A stretch of 64,000 bases of DNA from Rebecca billardiae RCC1528 (taxonomy: Eukaryota > Protista > Haptophyta): assembly GCA_965240325.2 (NCBI GenBank), contig OZ251232.1, positions 806,001 to 870,000 of the forward strand. Direction: 5' to 3'. Positions 11,395 to 23,278 of this stretch are shown piece by piece. The notes beneath the pieces are model-generated. The model saw only the letters and a list, made by a program, of their open reading frames with translations. It did not search any database and was not told the DNA's origin. The position numbers and the translations under genes are program-made. Position 1 is the stretch's first letter, and every line of letters begins with the position of its first letter.

Positions 11395-14300
11395 TCAGCT
11401 GCCGCCGGCGCTCCGGAGCAGCAGCTCAGGAACGAGCCGCAAGCGTGCAGCTGCCTCGCGCTCGTCGGCCGCCAGGTCGGCGAGGGCGGGCGGCGGCGGC
11501 ACGGCGGCGTGAAACTCGTGCGAGCTGGTAGCATGCGCACCGGCGCCGCCGCCCGACGGCTGGCACCCGGCGCCCCACGCAGGCTCGAGCGTTCGCGCCG
11601 CGGCCGGCGGTGGCGGCGCGGCCGCGCGCGGCTCGCACGCGGCAGCCGCTGGCTGGGGCTCTGCAGCAGCGCCACCGTTCGCGCGCTGCGCCTCCGCGGC
11701 AGCCGGCTGCAGGGCCCTTGGCGCGTCGGGGGCGACGTCGCCCCCGCGCGCAGAGAGCTCCGCCTGGGCCGGTGGCGGTGGCGGTAGCACGCGCGGCGGC
11801 GGCATCGCTGCGACGGGCACGCCCTCGGCGACGACGCCCTGCCACGTGCGCGTTGTGAGCGCAGGCGTGCCGCGCGCGCTGAGCCCGCCGCCGCTGCCCC
11901 CGGCGGGCGAGCGCGTGGGCTGGAGCGCGCGCGCGCGCACCGGCGTCCACACCCGGGGCCCCGTCTCCGCGCCCAGCACGGACGGGTGTGCGGCGCGCGG
12001 CGGCGGTGCCACTCTGGGCGTGGCGCCGCAGCGGTGGTGCGCCCCGTGCTGAGGCGCGTAGCCTGCGTGCGCGAGCGGCGGCGTGCCGTACGTGCCGGCA
12101 GCCGCGGCGGGCAGGTGCGCGAGCGGCGCCCATGCCATCCGTGGCTCCAGCCGAGCGGTCGAGTCGACGCAAGCGCTCGGCGGCGCGTGCGGCGGAGCAG
12201 GCCCGAAAGGCGGCAGCTGCCCCGCCGCGCGCCCGTCCGCCACCGCGCCCACGGCTTCACAGACGGAGGCGACCCCGGCCATCTCGACGTGCACGCACTG
12301 CGAGTCCGCTGGCGGCGCGCCGAGCTGCCCGCAGCTGCCACCCGGCTGCGCGGCCGCCCCCCACGCCGACACGGGCGCCCAGGCGAGGTGGGCGTCCGCG
12401 CTGCCGAGTCCGCGCGCGTCCGCGCAGCCGGTGTGCGGGCGCGGCAGCGGGTGCGGCGGGTGCGGCGGGTGCGGCGCGTATGGGCCCGCTTGCTCCGGCG
12501 TGCCGAACGGCGCGTGCGCGACGCCGCCGCCGAGGCTGAGGGGCACGTGCAGCGCGCCCACGGCCACCCCATCCTCCTCCTCTGTCTGAGCGGCCGACTC
12601 CCGGACCCACGCGCGGCGGAGCGCGCCGGCCTGCGCGCCTGGGGGGCGCTGGCCGTGGGCTGCCGACGGCCCAGCACAGCCTCGCGGGTGCGGCGCGCGC
12701 GGTGCGCTCGGCTCGAGGCCGGCGTCCGCGCCGAGCTCGTCCGCGGGAGAGCCCCAGCGGGCCCACTCCTCGGCAGCCATGCCCATGCGCGCCACATCCG
12801 GCGCTCGCGAGCGCGCCGCGCCGGGACCTGCGCCAGCGCGCGCGCGGCCGTGCGCGGCTGACCACGGCGCTCGCCACGCGTCCGGAGCGGGCGGGCGGCG
12901 CGGGCGCAGCGTGCGCGAGGCGTAGGGCGAGCCGTGCGCCCAGCCGTGCCGCCCGCCGAGCAGCTCGTCCTCGAGCTGCTCCGCCTCCTCCCAGCCCCAG
13001 CCCCATGCATCCGCCTCCCAGTCAGCCAGGCCGCGCGCCCACGGCGAAGGCACGCCGCGCGCGTGCCGGCCCGGGCGCGAGTAGGCGCCAGCCGCGCGGT
13101 GCGGTGGGCGCGCACGCGGGTCGGCCTCCCGCCACGCGCGCTCGTCGTGCCACGCGCGCCAGCGTGCCGGCGTCTCGTCGGCGTACTCGCCTCGCCGATC
13201 CCACCCGGCTTCTCCCGACGCATCCGCCCACTCCCACCGCTCACGCGCACGGCCGCGCGCGAGGCGCGGGCTGCGCGCCGGCCCTCGGTGCGGGCCGGCG
13301 GAAGGGGCCTGGCCGTGCGGCGCGTGCCACGCGCCGCGCGGCTCCAACTCATCCTCGCCGCCCGGCGCACGGCGCCCGCCGCGCGTGCGGGAGCGGCCCA
13401 GGTCTCGGCCCAGCTCGCCATCCTCGCCCACACCCTCCGCGGCTGAGTCGAACCCATCCTCGTCCTCACCCGCGCGGGGAGCAGCCTCGGCGGCGCGCTC
13501 GCCGGGTGAGGCGGCACGGGCGGCGGCGCCAGAGGGCCGCGGCTCGCGCGCGCCGCCGGGGTGCCGAGCGCGCGGCGGCGAGGCCTGCGCCGCCGTCGAC
13601 GCGCGCGCGCCCGTGCCGCCGGCGCGCGCGCACGCCGTGTGGCCGTGCGAGCGCGGCGCCCACGCGCGCGGGCTCGACTCGGCCGCGCGCCCGTCCGGAG
13701 CGTGCTGGGCGCGCGGGTGCTCCGCGCCGGCAGTCGCGCCCCGCGGCGCCGAGCTCGGGTGCGCGAGCCCTCGTTGCTGGCACGCGCGGCTGAGCGCGCG
13801 CAGCTGGCCCTGGATGTCGGCGAGCTGGGCCGACCACGCCGAGGGCGCGCCGGCATCCGGCGGCGCGGCCGGTGCGGTGGCGCTCCGCGCGTCGGCGCGC
13901 GCCGCGGGCCACTCGACGCGCCCAACATCGTCCAGAGGCGCGCGCGAGCCCGCGTCCGCGCGCGCGCCCGCGTCCGCGCGCTCGCGCGCGCGCCTCCGCG
14001 CCGCCTCGCGCCGCCCCGCCTCGTCGTCGTCCGCATCGCCCGGCTCGGTAGCGCCGTCGACGTCAGGGCGGCGCGCCGCGCGCGCGCCGGCCACCCGCTG
14101 CGGCATGTCGTCCACGCGCCGGCGGAGCTCGCCCATCTGCGTGCTGAGCTGACACGTCAGCGCCTCACGCAGCTGCGAGTGCTGCTGCTGCTGCCACGCC
14201 GCCTGCTGCTGCCACGCCGCCTGCTGCGCCGTCTGCTGCGCGGCCGCGAGCGCGGCCGTGCACGCGTCGGCGCTGGGCGCGGGCGGCGGCGCGGCTCCGA

Positions 14301-15583
14301 TCACGAGCGGCGGCGGCGGCGTCGGCTGCGCGTGCGCGCCGCCGAGCGCACCCCGCGCCGCCGCCGCCTCGGCCGCCGCCGCGCGCTCCTGCCGCACTGC
14401 GCGCATCTCGTGCTGCAGCGCGTCCAGCCTGAACACTAGCTCGGCGCGCTCGGCGTGCGCGCGCGCCTGGCCCTCCTGCGAGCGCGCGCGCGCCTCGGAG
14501 TCGGCGAGGCGGGCGATCTGCGCGGTGAGCCGCTCGCGCTCGCGCGCGGCCGCCTCGAGCTGCGCGCGCATCTCCGCCTCGCGCTGCGGCTCCCGCTGGG
14601 CGCCCGCCGCCTCTCCGCTCGCACCGCGCTGCCGCCCGGCGGGCGCGCCGCCGCCGCGCTCGCCCGGCCCGGCTGCCGGCTCGTCTTCGGCCGTGTGCGG
14701 CGCGCGCGCCGGTGCGGGCGCGGTGTGCGCCTCGCGCTGCGTCAGCGCCGCGAGCTGCTGCGTGAGCGACGCCTGCAGCGACGCGATCGCCGCCTGCACC
14801 GACGCCTGCTGCGCGCGCGCCGCGGCCGCAACCTCCTGGATCGCTCCCAGCTGCGCCTGCTGCAGCTCGAGCGCTCGCGCGGGCGGCGCTCGCTCGGCGG
14901 CGGCGGGCGCGTGCAGCGCGCGCACGAGCTCGCGAATGTCCGCGCGCGCCTCGTCGAGCGCGTGCGCCGCGGACGCCTCGGTGCTCCGCAGCCGCTGCGC
15001 GAGCGCACGGCTCGTGGCGCGGTCCACGGCGTCCGCCATTGGTGGCACCGCCGCTGCCGCCGCCGCCGTGGCCTCTCCCGCGGCAGCGCTGCCCGCGAGC
15101 GCGCGTGCGCCGCGGGGTTCGGTCGGCGGGGACGCAAAGGTGCCCCCGCCCGCGCCGCCCTGCGCGAAGGCGCTCGCGCAGCAGCTACTCGCCGGCCTCA
15201 GCGCGCCGCCGATCGTGCCGGCCCGCACGGTCGCGAGCGCACGGGGTGGCGGCGTGGGGCCCGGCTCGTCAACCGCGGCGAGCGCGCCGGCGTCGGGGGA
15301 GTGCTGCTCCTGCTGCTGCAGCAGCTCGAGCAGCGTGTCATCCACCACGGCGGAGAGCTGTGCCTTGCTCTGCTGCGGCCGTTCGTCGCTGCCGTCCGCC
15401 AGGCGCATCGCCATCAGCGCCTCGAGCTGCGCGCTGCGGTGCGCGCGCCGTGCGCGCCGAGGGGAGGGCAGGGGGGCTGAGCCGGGCGAAGGGGAGGGGG
15501 GGAGGGCGAAGCGGCGCACCGCGGGCGTACCGTGTGGATGCGTACTCATCGGGCGCGTACTGCTGCGCGTTGGCGGCCAGCAT
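11395..15583 (-). CDS. Large low-complexity coiled-coil hypothetical protein; exons 15583-15531 and 15433-11395
   Basis: Long open frame with Q/E/A-rich coiled-coil stretches. Predicted GT-AG intron 15434-15530 links MLAANAQQYAPDEYASTR to AQLEAL in frame. Confidence 0.6.
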
Positions 15584-15959
15584 GGCGGTTTGAACGTGCT
15601 CTGCCGCCAATCCAAAGAACAAACGGCGGCCCGGACCGTTCTTCATCAGTGAAGAACTCCCAGTCTCAAGAGACAGTCAAGGGCCGTCTGCCCAGTGTGG
15701 TCATTCCAAGTTTCCCAACGGTGTTTACCCACCCACTCATCCGATAATCACGAGTCGCGGAGTCGGGCACTCAATTTCTGGCTCGTCGCTCATCGAAAGG
15801 AGAAAGGGTGCAAAGTGTATTCACGAGCGGGCCAATCAGGTGCTGCCCTTCCCCACCAGCTAACAGGACAGTACACCCATCAACCGCAATCTATCTAGAC
15901 CCGGCCGCCCAGCTCCCAACCGCGCCCTGCCGCCGCCGGCGCCTGCACCGACGCCCGGT

Positions 15960-17348
15960 ATGCTCGTGCTCACCGCCATCCTCCTCAGCCCCGCGATCAA
16001 CAGCGGCGGCGGTGGCGGCGGCTGGCTGCAGCCGCGCGTCGGCGCACGCGCGCGCGCGCTCTTCGGCGCCGTGCGCGCGCTGCCTGTCGCGCCGCCGCGC
16101 GCGCCCGGGACGGCGGCGGCGGCGCCGCCGATCGCGCCGCCGAGTGACGCGGCACAGATTGCGCCGCCGCGCGTCTCGAAGGCCCCGAAGGGCGCCGAGG
16201 ACGGCGGGGAGCTCATCCTGCAGATCTCCGGCCGTCGGTACAACATCACCGCGTACGCGCACGAGCACCCAGGCGGCCAGGCCATCCTGCGCAAGTTCCG
16301 CGACCGCGACGCGACCGAGGCGTTCCTGCGCGCGCACCACTCCAAGGACGCGCACCGGCTGCTGCGCAGCTTCCTCGTGCCCGAGGAGGAGGAGGCGGCG
16401 GCGATCGCCGTCGCGCCGCCGCTGCCGCCGCCCGAGCTGGCCGGCGTCGGCGTGCTCGGCAAGCTGTTCACGCACGAGGACCGCTCGAACGTGCACAAGC
16501 TGCTGGGCGTGTTCGTGCTGCTCCACTTCGCCGCGCGGTACGGCGCGCTGCTGCTCGCGCCGCACGCGCCGGTGGCGGGCCTCGCGGTCGCGCCGGCGCT
16601 CGGCTTCGCGTGCCTCGCCGCGCACGGCGCGCTCTCCGCCTCCTCGCTCAAGTTCGCCGTGCCGCGCGAGCGGGTCGTGGGCAAGCCGATGATCTGGGCA
16701 GAGTTCAGGGCGCACAACATCATCTTTGGGCTGCGCTCGGTGGCGTGCTCAGCCGCTTGCCTCGGCGCGATGGTCGGCGGCACGGCGGCGGCGCGGCGGA
16801 GCGCCGAGCTCGCGTGCGCGGCGTGCGTGCTGCTCGCGCTCCGCGCCGCCGACCTCGCGACCGCCCGGCTGCGCGTCGACACGTCGCAGTCGACCACCGC
16901 GACCATGCCCTACCCCGACGGCTGGCAAGCGCCGACCGTGCGCCGCTTCAAGAGCTTCTACGCGTACAGCCAGTACATGGCGACGCTGGGCTGCCTGGCG
17001 TGCACCAACCCGTCGTACGGGCTGATCATCCTGCTGCCGATCCAGCTCGCCAGCCTGCTGATGACGCTCGTGCGCAAGGGCCTGATCTCGGCGGGCGCGT
17101 ACCACCTGCTGTACGCAGGCTCGCTGTGCATGCCGTACGTGGTCGCGCTGCGCCACGCCGTGCAGCTGCGCGCCTTCGACGCCGTCGCGCTGCTGCCGAT
17201 CGCATCGGCGCTGCTCGCGCTCCGCAGGCGGGGCGTGAGCAAGTACGCGCTCTGGGGTCCGATCGTCGGCGGCCGGCTGCTGCTCGGCGACGCGCTGCTC
17301 ACGACACCGGACAAGTGGCTCGCGCTCGCGGGCGTGGGCGTCGCATGA
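15960..17348 (+). CDS. Cytochrome b5 domain fused to an uncharacterised multi-pass membrane domain; N-terminal targeting signal
   Basis: YNITAYAHEHPGG...DATEAFLRAHHSKDA is a b5 heme motif. Downstream LFTHED..HKLLG, PMIWAEFRAHNIIF, IQLASLLMTLVRKG and several hydrophobic helices. Confidence 0.85.
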   Translation: MLVLTAILLSPAINSGGGGGGWLQPRVGARARALFGAVRALPVAPPRAPGTAAAAPPIAPPSDAAQIAPPRVSKAPKGAEDGGELILQISGRRYNITAYAHEHPGGQAILRKFRDRDATEAFLRAHHSKDAHRLLRSFLVPEEEEAAAIAVAPPLPPPELAGVGVLGKLFTHEDRSNVHKLLGVFVLLHFAARYGALLLAPHAPVAGLAVAPALGFACLAAHGALSASSLKFAVPRERVVGKPMIWAEFRAHNIIFGLRSVACSAACLGAMVGGTAAARRSAELACAACVLLALRAADLATARLRVDTSQSTTATMPYPDGWQAPTVRRFKSFYAYSQYMATLGCLACTNPSYGLIILLPIQLASLLMTLVRKGLISAGAYHLLYAGSLCMPYVVALRHAVQLRAFDAVALLPIASALLALRRRGVSKYALWGPIVGGRLLLGDALLTTPDKWLALAGVGVA

Positions 17349-17671
17349 CGAGCCACCACCCTGTCCAGCACCTCTGTTGCCATCGGAGCCGTCGCACTCT
17401 CTCTCGCACTGTACTGCGGCGACGGCGCTCTGCTGCTTCCGATGCTCGGTGTGGCCGGCAGAGAACATTACGGATTATGCACTGCGCGGCCCCGCCCGCA
17501 CTCAGTTGGGCCGCCCTTGGTTGGCCTTGCCCGCACGGTCCGCCGCGGCATCTGCCAGGATCGGCACGTGATCGACTGCTACGTCTGCTCTCAGAACCGG
17601 TCGAGACTCACGAGTACGACGCAGGCTTTGGCGGAAGGACCCGTACACTCTGTCCTGAGGATATATCGATT

Positions 17672-17672
<1 letters not shown>

Positions 17673-17711
<39 letters not shown>

Positions 17712-17730
17712 GTAATAATAATAATATAAT
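17673..17730. repeat. (AAT)n microsatellite
   Basis: Direct run of AAT units with one or two interruptions. Confidence 0.95.
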
Positions 17731-18027
17731 ATTTTTAAAGCAGTCGATTTTGCTGTTTATTATAATAATAATATGTAAATCTGATTCTGATTCTGAAGAG
17801 TAGTGAAGTGACGTACCAGTCCAGTGACGAGCCACGATTCGATCTGCGAGCTGCGCAGTCTTATTATTATAAGGCAGCTCAGGCTCCGCCGAGCCCGTGG
17901 GCGCCGTGGTCTGCCTGTCGTAGTGTCTAGTGCCGTGCCCGGGCATCCGCCTCAGAACCAGGCGCGCGGCAGGCCACTGTCATCAGTCAGAAGGCTGCGC
18001 AAGCTGTAAGGCAGTAAGGCACTCATA

Positions 18028-18889
18028 CAGGGGTCTCAACAATTAGCGCTGTATCTCTGTTTGTGCCACTCACACTGGACTGTGGACTGGCATGAATGAG
18101 CACTTGATTGCCTCGGGCTAGATGTGGTCGTCTAGCACAGCCCATTCCCTGGCCATTCTGACGAGTGGGTGGCTGCTTGGCCAGCTCTCCATGCTGGGCT
18201 GTTAGTGCCATCCAGAGTGCGCATGTGCAGCACGGCCCAGGTGGGTGCAGCTGAGGGGTGCGGCAGGCAGCAGTCGGGGTCGGGTCAGCTTGAACTACAG
18301 TAATCCATCACCATGCAGGCCAGCCACCAGCAGCTAGGCTGCAGAGCTCTTGGCCGTGCCGACCAGCCCCACTCCAGCCCCCTCAAGTCGGGTGGCTGGC
18401 CACCCTCGGGGTGTGTCAGCGGGTGCTGCTGCTGGCCTCCCAGTGCAGGGGAGCTGACCCGACAGGTCCTTGCGCAGGTGCCGGTGGGGGTGCGGGATAT
18501 TGGGCACTGTGCCATGCAGCAGCTGCATCCGCCATGAGCTCGCCCGCCCAGGTGGCATGCACTTGCAGCCCTCCCTAGGGGGTGCTACCAGATCGATCCA
18601 CTGCCAAGCACAATTTAGGCCTGGTCTGTGTGGGCACACGGCCCGCGAATAGTGACGACGACAAGCCTGCGGCAGGATCTGGCCAGCTGCGACAGGCTGT
18701 ACGCCTGCAGCAGTGTGACCTGCTGGTGTGCCCAACTCCAGCCCACGCCGGCGCTGGGGCCGTGACGCGCTGGGTCGCGGAAACCGTCGTGCACGGGCCG
18801 TGGGGGCCGCCTGGATCAGCCCAGGGGGGCGGGGTGAGCAGTCGCGTGCAGCTCAGTCAGAATGTGACGATTAATTGTTGAGACCCCTG
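18028..18889. mobile_element. Non-autonomous TIR element (862 bp), TA TSD, Tc1/mariner-like
   Basis: Perfect 18-bp TIRs CAGGGGTCTCAACAATTA (18028-18045) and TAATTGTTGAGACCCCTG (18872-18889), flanked by TA on both sides. Interior CpG-poor with no recognisable transposase. Confidence 0.85.
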
Positions 18890-19031
18890 TAGGCAGCATG
18901 GTTCCTGAGGCGCGTCACGTATACGACGCACACTCCAAGTGAATAGCATGACGAAGCTCGGAGGCGCACGAGCTCGTGAGCGCGCTCGGAGGCGCAGCCG
19001 CGCTTCACGCGCAGCATCTCCGCGGTGCTGC

Positions 19032-20026
19032 TCACATGAAGTCGTAGTCGTCGGCGCCGTCGTCGTACTCGTCCATGTTGTCAAAGGCCGAGTTGTGCGT
19101 CTCCTTGACCGTCGCCTTCTTGGCGGCGGCGTTCGACTTCTTCTTGCCCTTGTTCTTGTCGCGCTCCGCCTTGAGCTTGTCGTTCGCGACGACCTGCACG
19201 GTCGTCGCGATCTCCTTCACGTCGTCCGACTGCAGGTTGGCCGTCACCTTCTTCATCAGCGACTTGAGCATCTCGTTGTAGAAGGGCGTGTTCTCGAGCG
19301 TGAGCAGCTTGGTTGCCACCTTCTCCGCGAGCACCTCGCCGTCCGCGGCCGTCTTCGCGACGAAGGCGTCGATCGTCTCGGAGCCCGGGGCGTCGGCCTT
19401 CTTTTTCGACTTGGACATGTCGAACAGACCCTGGGCGTTCTCAAAGTCCGCTTCCTCCTCCAGCTGTCGCAACCGCAGCTTCTCCGCGACCGAATCTGAC
19501 ACACCGCCGTCGGTGTTCATGCCGCGCCCGCCATCGAGCAGGCCGCGGTCGTCGCCGAAGGCGACCGCCGCCTTCGCCGCGGCCGCCTTGGCTTTGGCCT
19601 TCGCTGCCATCTCGCGCTCCTTCGCCTCGCGCTCAGCGATCTTCTGCTTCGCGAGCTGCTTTGGGCGCAGCGATTCGGCTGCGGTCGCTGCTGCCGCTTT
19701 GGGCGCCGCCTCAGGCTCTGCGCGCGGGCGGCGCGAGGGGGCAGGCGGCGACGCGCACGGCGCGTCGTCACGCGTAGCAGCACGATCAGATCCGCAGGCT
19801 CAACGTTCGCGCTCCGCCGCCCGCGCGGCCGGGCGCCTCTGATGTGCCCGCCCGATCGCGTGACTCGCGCGGCCGCAGCGGCGCATCGAGCGCACGTACC
19901 GGGCGCAGGCTCGTCCTTCTTGACGTCGTGTCCCTCCTCGTCGGACCATGACTCGGGTGGGGCATGTTGTGAGGCGCCCGCGATGGTGGGCACCTCAAAA
20001 TCGTCGTCGTCCCAGTCGTCACCCAT
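19032..20026 (-). CDS. EIF3J: Translation initiation factor 3 subunit J; exons 20026-19900 and 19717-19032
   Basis: Acidic DDWDDDD/ESWSDEE N-terminus, AEKLRLRQLEEEADFENAQGLF, C-terminal DDYDFM. GT-AG intron 19718-19899 restores the frame. Confidence 0.92.
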
Positions 20027-20259
20027 GCCTTGATGCCTCGTGCACTAACAAGGGGCACGACGGCCAGCAGCCATTTCCCGCCGCAGGAGTGCAGGATGCG
20101 GGCCCGAGACGTGGCCTCACGAAAGGACTTGGGTGCACCGGACGCGCCTTGGCCGCCATCGTGCGAGGGCGTCCGTTCGGCGAGGGCCGTCTGCTCAGGA
20201 GTCCAAGGAAGCAGCCAGGGCAAAGGCGGGTGGTGGGCGCGCTCTGAGGCGCCTCACGC

Positions 20260-20493
20260 ATGGCGGATTCGCCGACGCATACGCGGCCGATCCTGCAGGA
20301 GGTCCTGCCGAAGGCTGGCCTGGTCTACTCGGAGAAGGGGAATCTCTCCGAAGTGCTCTGCAAGCCGAAGATCATGCCGATCAAGTCGGTGACGCTCGAA
20401 AAGATTGAGCAGATGGAGCAGGAGATGGCAAAGCTCACTGCAGCGATGCCTAAGACGGCGATGGCACAAGGAGGATTGCCTTCCGACTTTTAA
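20260..20493 (+). CDS. BBIP1: BBSome-interacting protein 1 (BBIP10/BBS18)
   Basis: EVLPKAG...VLCKPKIMPIKSVTLEKIEQM matches the BBIP1 core motif; 77 aa. Confidence 0.88.
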   Translation: MADSPTHTRPILQEVLPKAGLVYSEKGNLSEVLCKPKIMPIKSVTLEKIEQMEQEMAKLTAAMPKTAMAQGGLPSDF

Positions 20494-20974
20494 GCCGCCC
20501 GCTCGCTCTTGCATCAGTCCCGGCCACCGAGAAATTGCTCCGCGCTCGGCCTCTTCTCGCGCACGTTCAGCGATGCGTTGCCGCATTATGTAACTCGGGT
20601 CTCGGCCCGGACCGCAGTGCGCCCGCCCAGCGGCGGCGGCGGCGCGCGGCCGCGCGTGAGCCCGTCGTCATCTGACGACACGAGTCTGGAGCTTGCTGTC
20701 GATGATGCCGCACCACCACCGCGAGCTGGCCCCGCCGCCGGGCGCCGGGGGCGGCGCCAACCGGGCAACTGGCGCAACCGGCGCATTTACTTGGCGCCCC
20801 TGTCCGAGGCTGTAGCTGTCTGTCGTCAACGGTGCCGGAGCCCGGACTGCCGGCGGCTCGACGCTGACGCTGGCCACCGAGCGGACGTCGTCACGGATTA
20901 CATTATATATACTTTCGCTGCTGACGACCAGCCTATAAGCGGCCCCGGAGGCCGGAGTAGTCATGAATGCCGCC

Positions 20975-23107
20975 TCACGATGACGCCAACGGCAGCGCGG
21001 ATGCGTCGACGAGGCTCGTCACCGAGGTGATCCACGCCACCGCGCCGAGATCGTAGATGCGGTCGATGAGCACGAGGCACACGGTGCCAAACGTCGTGCC
21101 AAACGTGCCGGCGAGCGAGAGCGACGCGCGCACGCCGAGCAGGCGCACCGGGTGCGCGGTGGCGATCTTCATGATGGCGGCCGCCTCGTGGTGCAGCTCC
21201 TGGATGGCCTGCAGCACGAGGAAGCGGCGCGCGTGCGCACCTGCGGCGAGCGCGCGGTCGGCCGCCACCGCCGGCTCGGCCAGCCGCCGGTTCGCCACCT
21301 CGAGCTCGTAGTGCGAGCGCGTCACGCCCGCGAGCAGCAGCATGTCGAGCTCCTCGAGCTGGTCGTTGGCGGCCGAGCCGGCGCGCAGCTGGAAGAAGAA
21401 GACGGCGGAGAGCACGACGGTCATGAGGAGGACGAGGTTGACGGGCAGCGAGTGGCGCAGCTCGATCGAGTCGTCGCCCAGCCGCTCGTGCGCGTACAGC
21501 AGCCACACGAGGTACGCGCCCGCCACGCTCGCAAACCCGAGCACGAGCGCGTTGAAGACGGTCATGCGCAGCGAGTAGGCGCGGCCGTACGCGAGCTGCA
21601 TGCGCCAGAGCAGCGAGAAGACGCGCACCACCGACGGGTTGGACAGGTCGAGCGTCGGCCAATCCGAGACGCGCTCACCACCGCCCTCGTGCACCGGCCC
21701 GTCGTGCGACGCGAGCAGCGCGCTCAGCATGCGCCGCTGCAGCGCGATGCGGCGGTACCACGACTCGGCGCACATGAGGAAGAGGATGTTCACGCTCCAC
21801 CACGCGGCCGTGATGAGGGCGAGGCTGAGCGTGACGCAGTACGCGACCGCGTCCGTGCCGAACGGCCGGATCGGCTGCCCCAGGTCCGCCTGGTACCACG
21901 CGCGCAGCACGCTCGGCTGCAGTCCGAACACGATCGCCACCGCGCGCGACACGTGCAGCGTGCGCGCCACGTACTCGGGCGTGACGATGGCATAGGTGGC
22001 GCGGAGGACGAGCGCGCCGAGCACGTCGTCCACGCGCACGGAGGCGGGCAGCGCCACGTGCGCGGGCGCGTCGGCGTCGACGGCGGCGGCGGCGGTAGCC
22101 TCGGCGCCGCCGCGCACCGACTCGTGCGCAGCCTTGTCGGCGGCGGTCGGCGGCGGCGGCGTCGGCGGCGGCGCAAAGGGCGACGCGTCGCCCAGCACGC
22201 TGAGCAGCCGCTGCCAGCGCACCACCTCCTCGCGCGTGCGCACCTCGAAGGAGAACTGCCGCGTCGCCGCGTCCGCGGGCGCCACGCCGCCGGCGCCCGT
22301 CGCCTCCACGAGCCGCCACGCCCGCATCACCTCCTTGCGCACCACGTCGGGCTGCGGGAACCACACGCCCGTGAGCAGCTGGATGCGGTTGGCGTACGCG
22401 ATCGCGGCCTCGTACGGCCCGCGGAGGAAGAGCGCGAGCTCACCCGGCGCCATCACCGAGTACTTGACGCCCACCATCGTGCGGTGCGCGGCGTACATCA
22501 GGAACGCATGCGCGAGCTCGGTCACGTGCACGCGCTGCGCGGCGAGCGCGTCCCAGCGCGTCGCAAAGCCGAGGGCGGCGAGGGCGAGCACGAGCCAAGT
22601 GCCGTCCAACACGGACTTGCGCGCCCAGAACGCAAGCGTTGCGCTCCAGAGCCTCAGCTCCATGCCGTCGTCGCGGCTGCGCAGGTTGTACACGAGCCGC
22701 AGGTTGAGGACCGCCTGCCAGCCGTGCCGCGCGGCCACGTACGGGATGCCGAGCGGCGTGACGATGTGCAGGAGGAAGAACTCGAGGAACGTCCACGGGT
22801 GGACGCGCAGGTCGGTCGCGAGCTCGAGATCCACGTCCACCTCCGGCGTCGCGTCCGCGTGCGGCGCCATCGGCGGGCCGCCGAAGCCCTGCGCCATCGC
22901 CATCGTGCGCTGGCGCGCGAGGCCGAGGTCCATGTTCTTCACGTAGCGCGGCTTCGAGTCATTGGGCGGTCCGGGCGGGTCGGGCGGGTCGGGCGGGTCG
23001 CGGGCGGCGGTACGCGCGCGCCGGCGCGCCGGCGGGCCCACCGCGTCGCTGGGCTCGTCGCGCAGCCGACCGTACCCACCCCTTTGCCGGCCTTCGCAAG
23101 GCGCCAT
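20975..23107 (-). CDS. Multi-pass membrane protein, possibly gustatory-receptor-like (7TMIC)
   Basis: 710-aa ORF with at least 7 hydrophobic helices. C-terminal PVRLLGVRASLSLAGTFGTTFGTVCLVLI resembles the TM7a/b pattern. CDS secure; family tentative. Confidence 0.7.
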   Translation of the reverse strand: MAPCEGRQRGGYGRLRDEPSDAVGPPARRRARTAARDPPDPPDPPGPPNDSKPRYVKNMDLGLARQRTMAMAQGFGGPPMAPHADATPEVDVDLELATDLRVHPWTFLEFFLLHIVTPLGIPYVAARHGWQAVLNLRLVYNLRSRDDGMELRLWSATLAFWARKSVLDGTWLVLALAALGFATRWDALAAQRVHVTELAHAFLMYAAHRTMVGVKYSVMAPGELALFLRGPYEAAIAYANRIQLLTGVWFPQPDVVRKEVMRAWRLVEATGAGGVAPADAATRQFSFEVRTREEVVRWQRLLSVLGDASPFAPPPTPPPPTAADKAAHESVRGGAEATAAAAVDADAPAHVALPASVRVDDVLGALVLRATYAIVTPEYVARTLHVSRAVAIVFGLQPSVLRAWYQADLGQPIRPFGTDAVAYCVTLSLALITAAWWSVNILFLMCAESWYRRIALQRRMLSALLASHDGPVHEGGGERVSDWPTLDLSNPSVVRVFSLLWRMQLAYGRAYSLRMTVFNALVLGFASVAGAYLVWLLYAHERLGDDSIELRHSLPVNLVLLMTVVLSAVFFFQLRAGSAANDQLEELDMLLLAGVTRSHYELEVANRRLAEPAVAADRALAAGAHARRFLVLQAIQELHHEAAAIMKIATAHPVRLLGVRASLSLAGTFGTTFGTVCLVLIDRIYDLGAVAWITSVTSLVDASALPLASS

Positions 23108-23278
23108 GCTGATCCGGAGGGATTGATTGACCGTATTCGTGACCGGAAGCTGGTATGATGAATGTGGGTATTCATTAATAAAGGCGCGGCCGTCCTCGCT
23201 CGCAGCCGCTCGGCCGCGGACTCCCCAGGAAGTCGTCGCAGCACGCTCCCGAGCCCAGCTTCACATCAGCGTTCGAAC

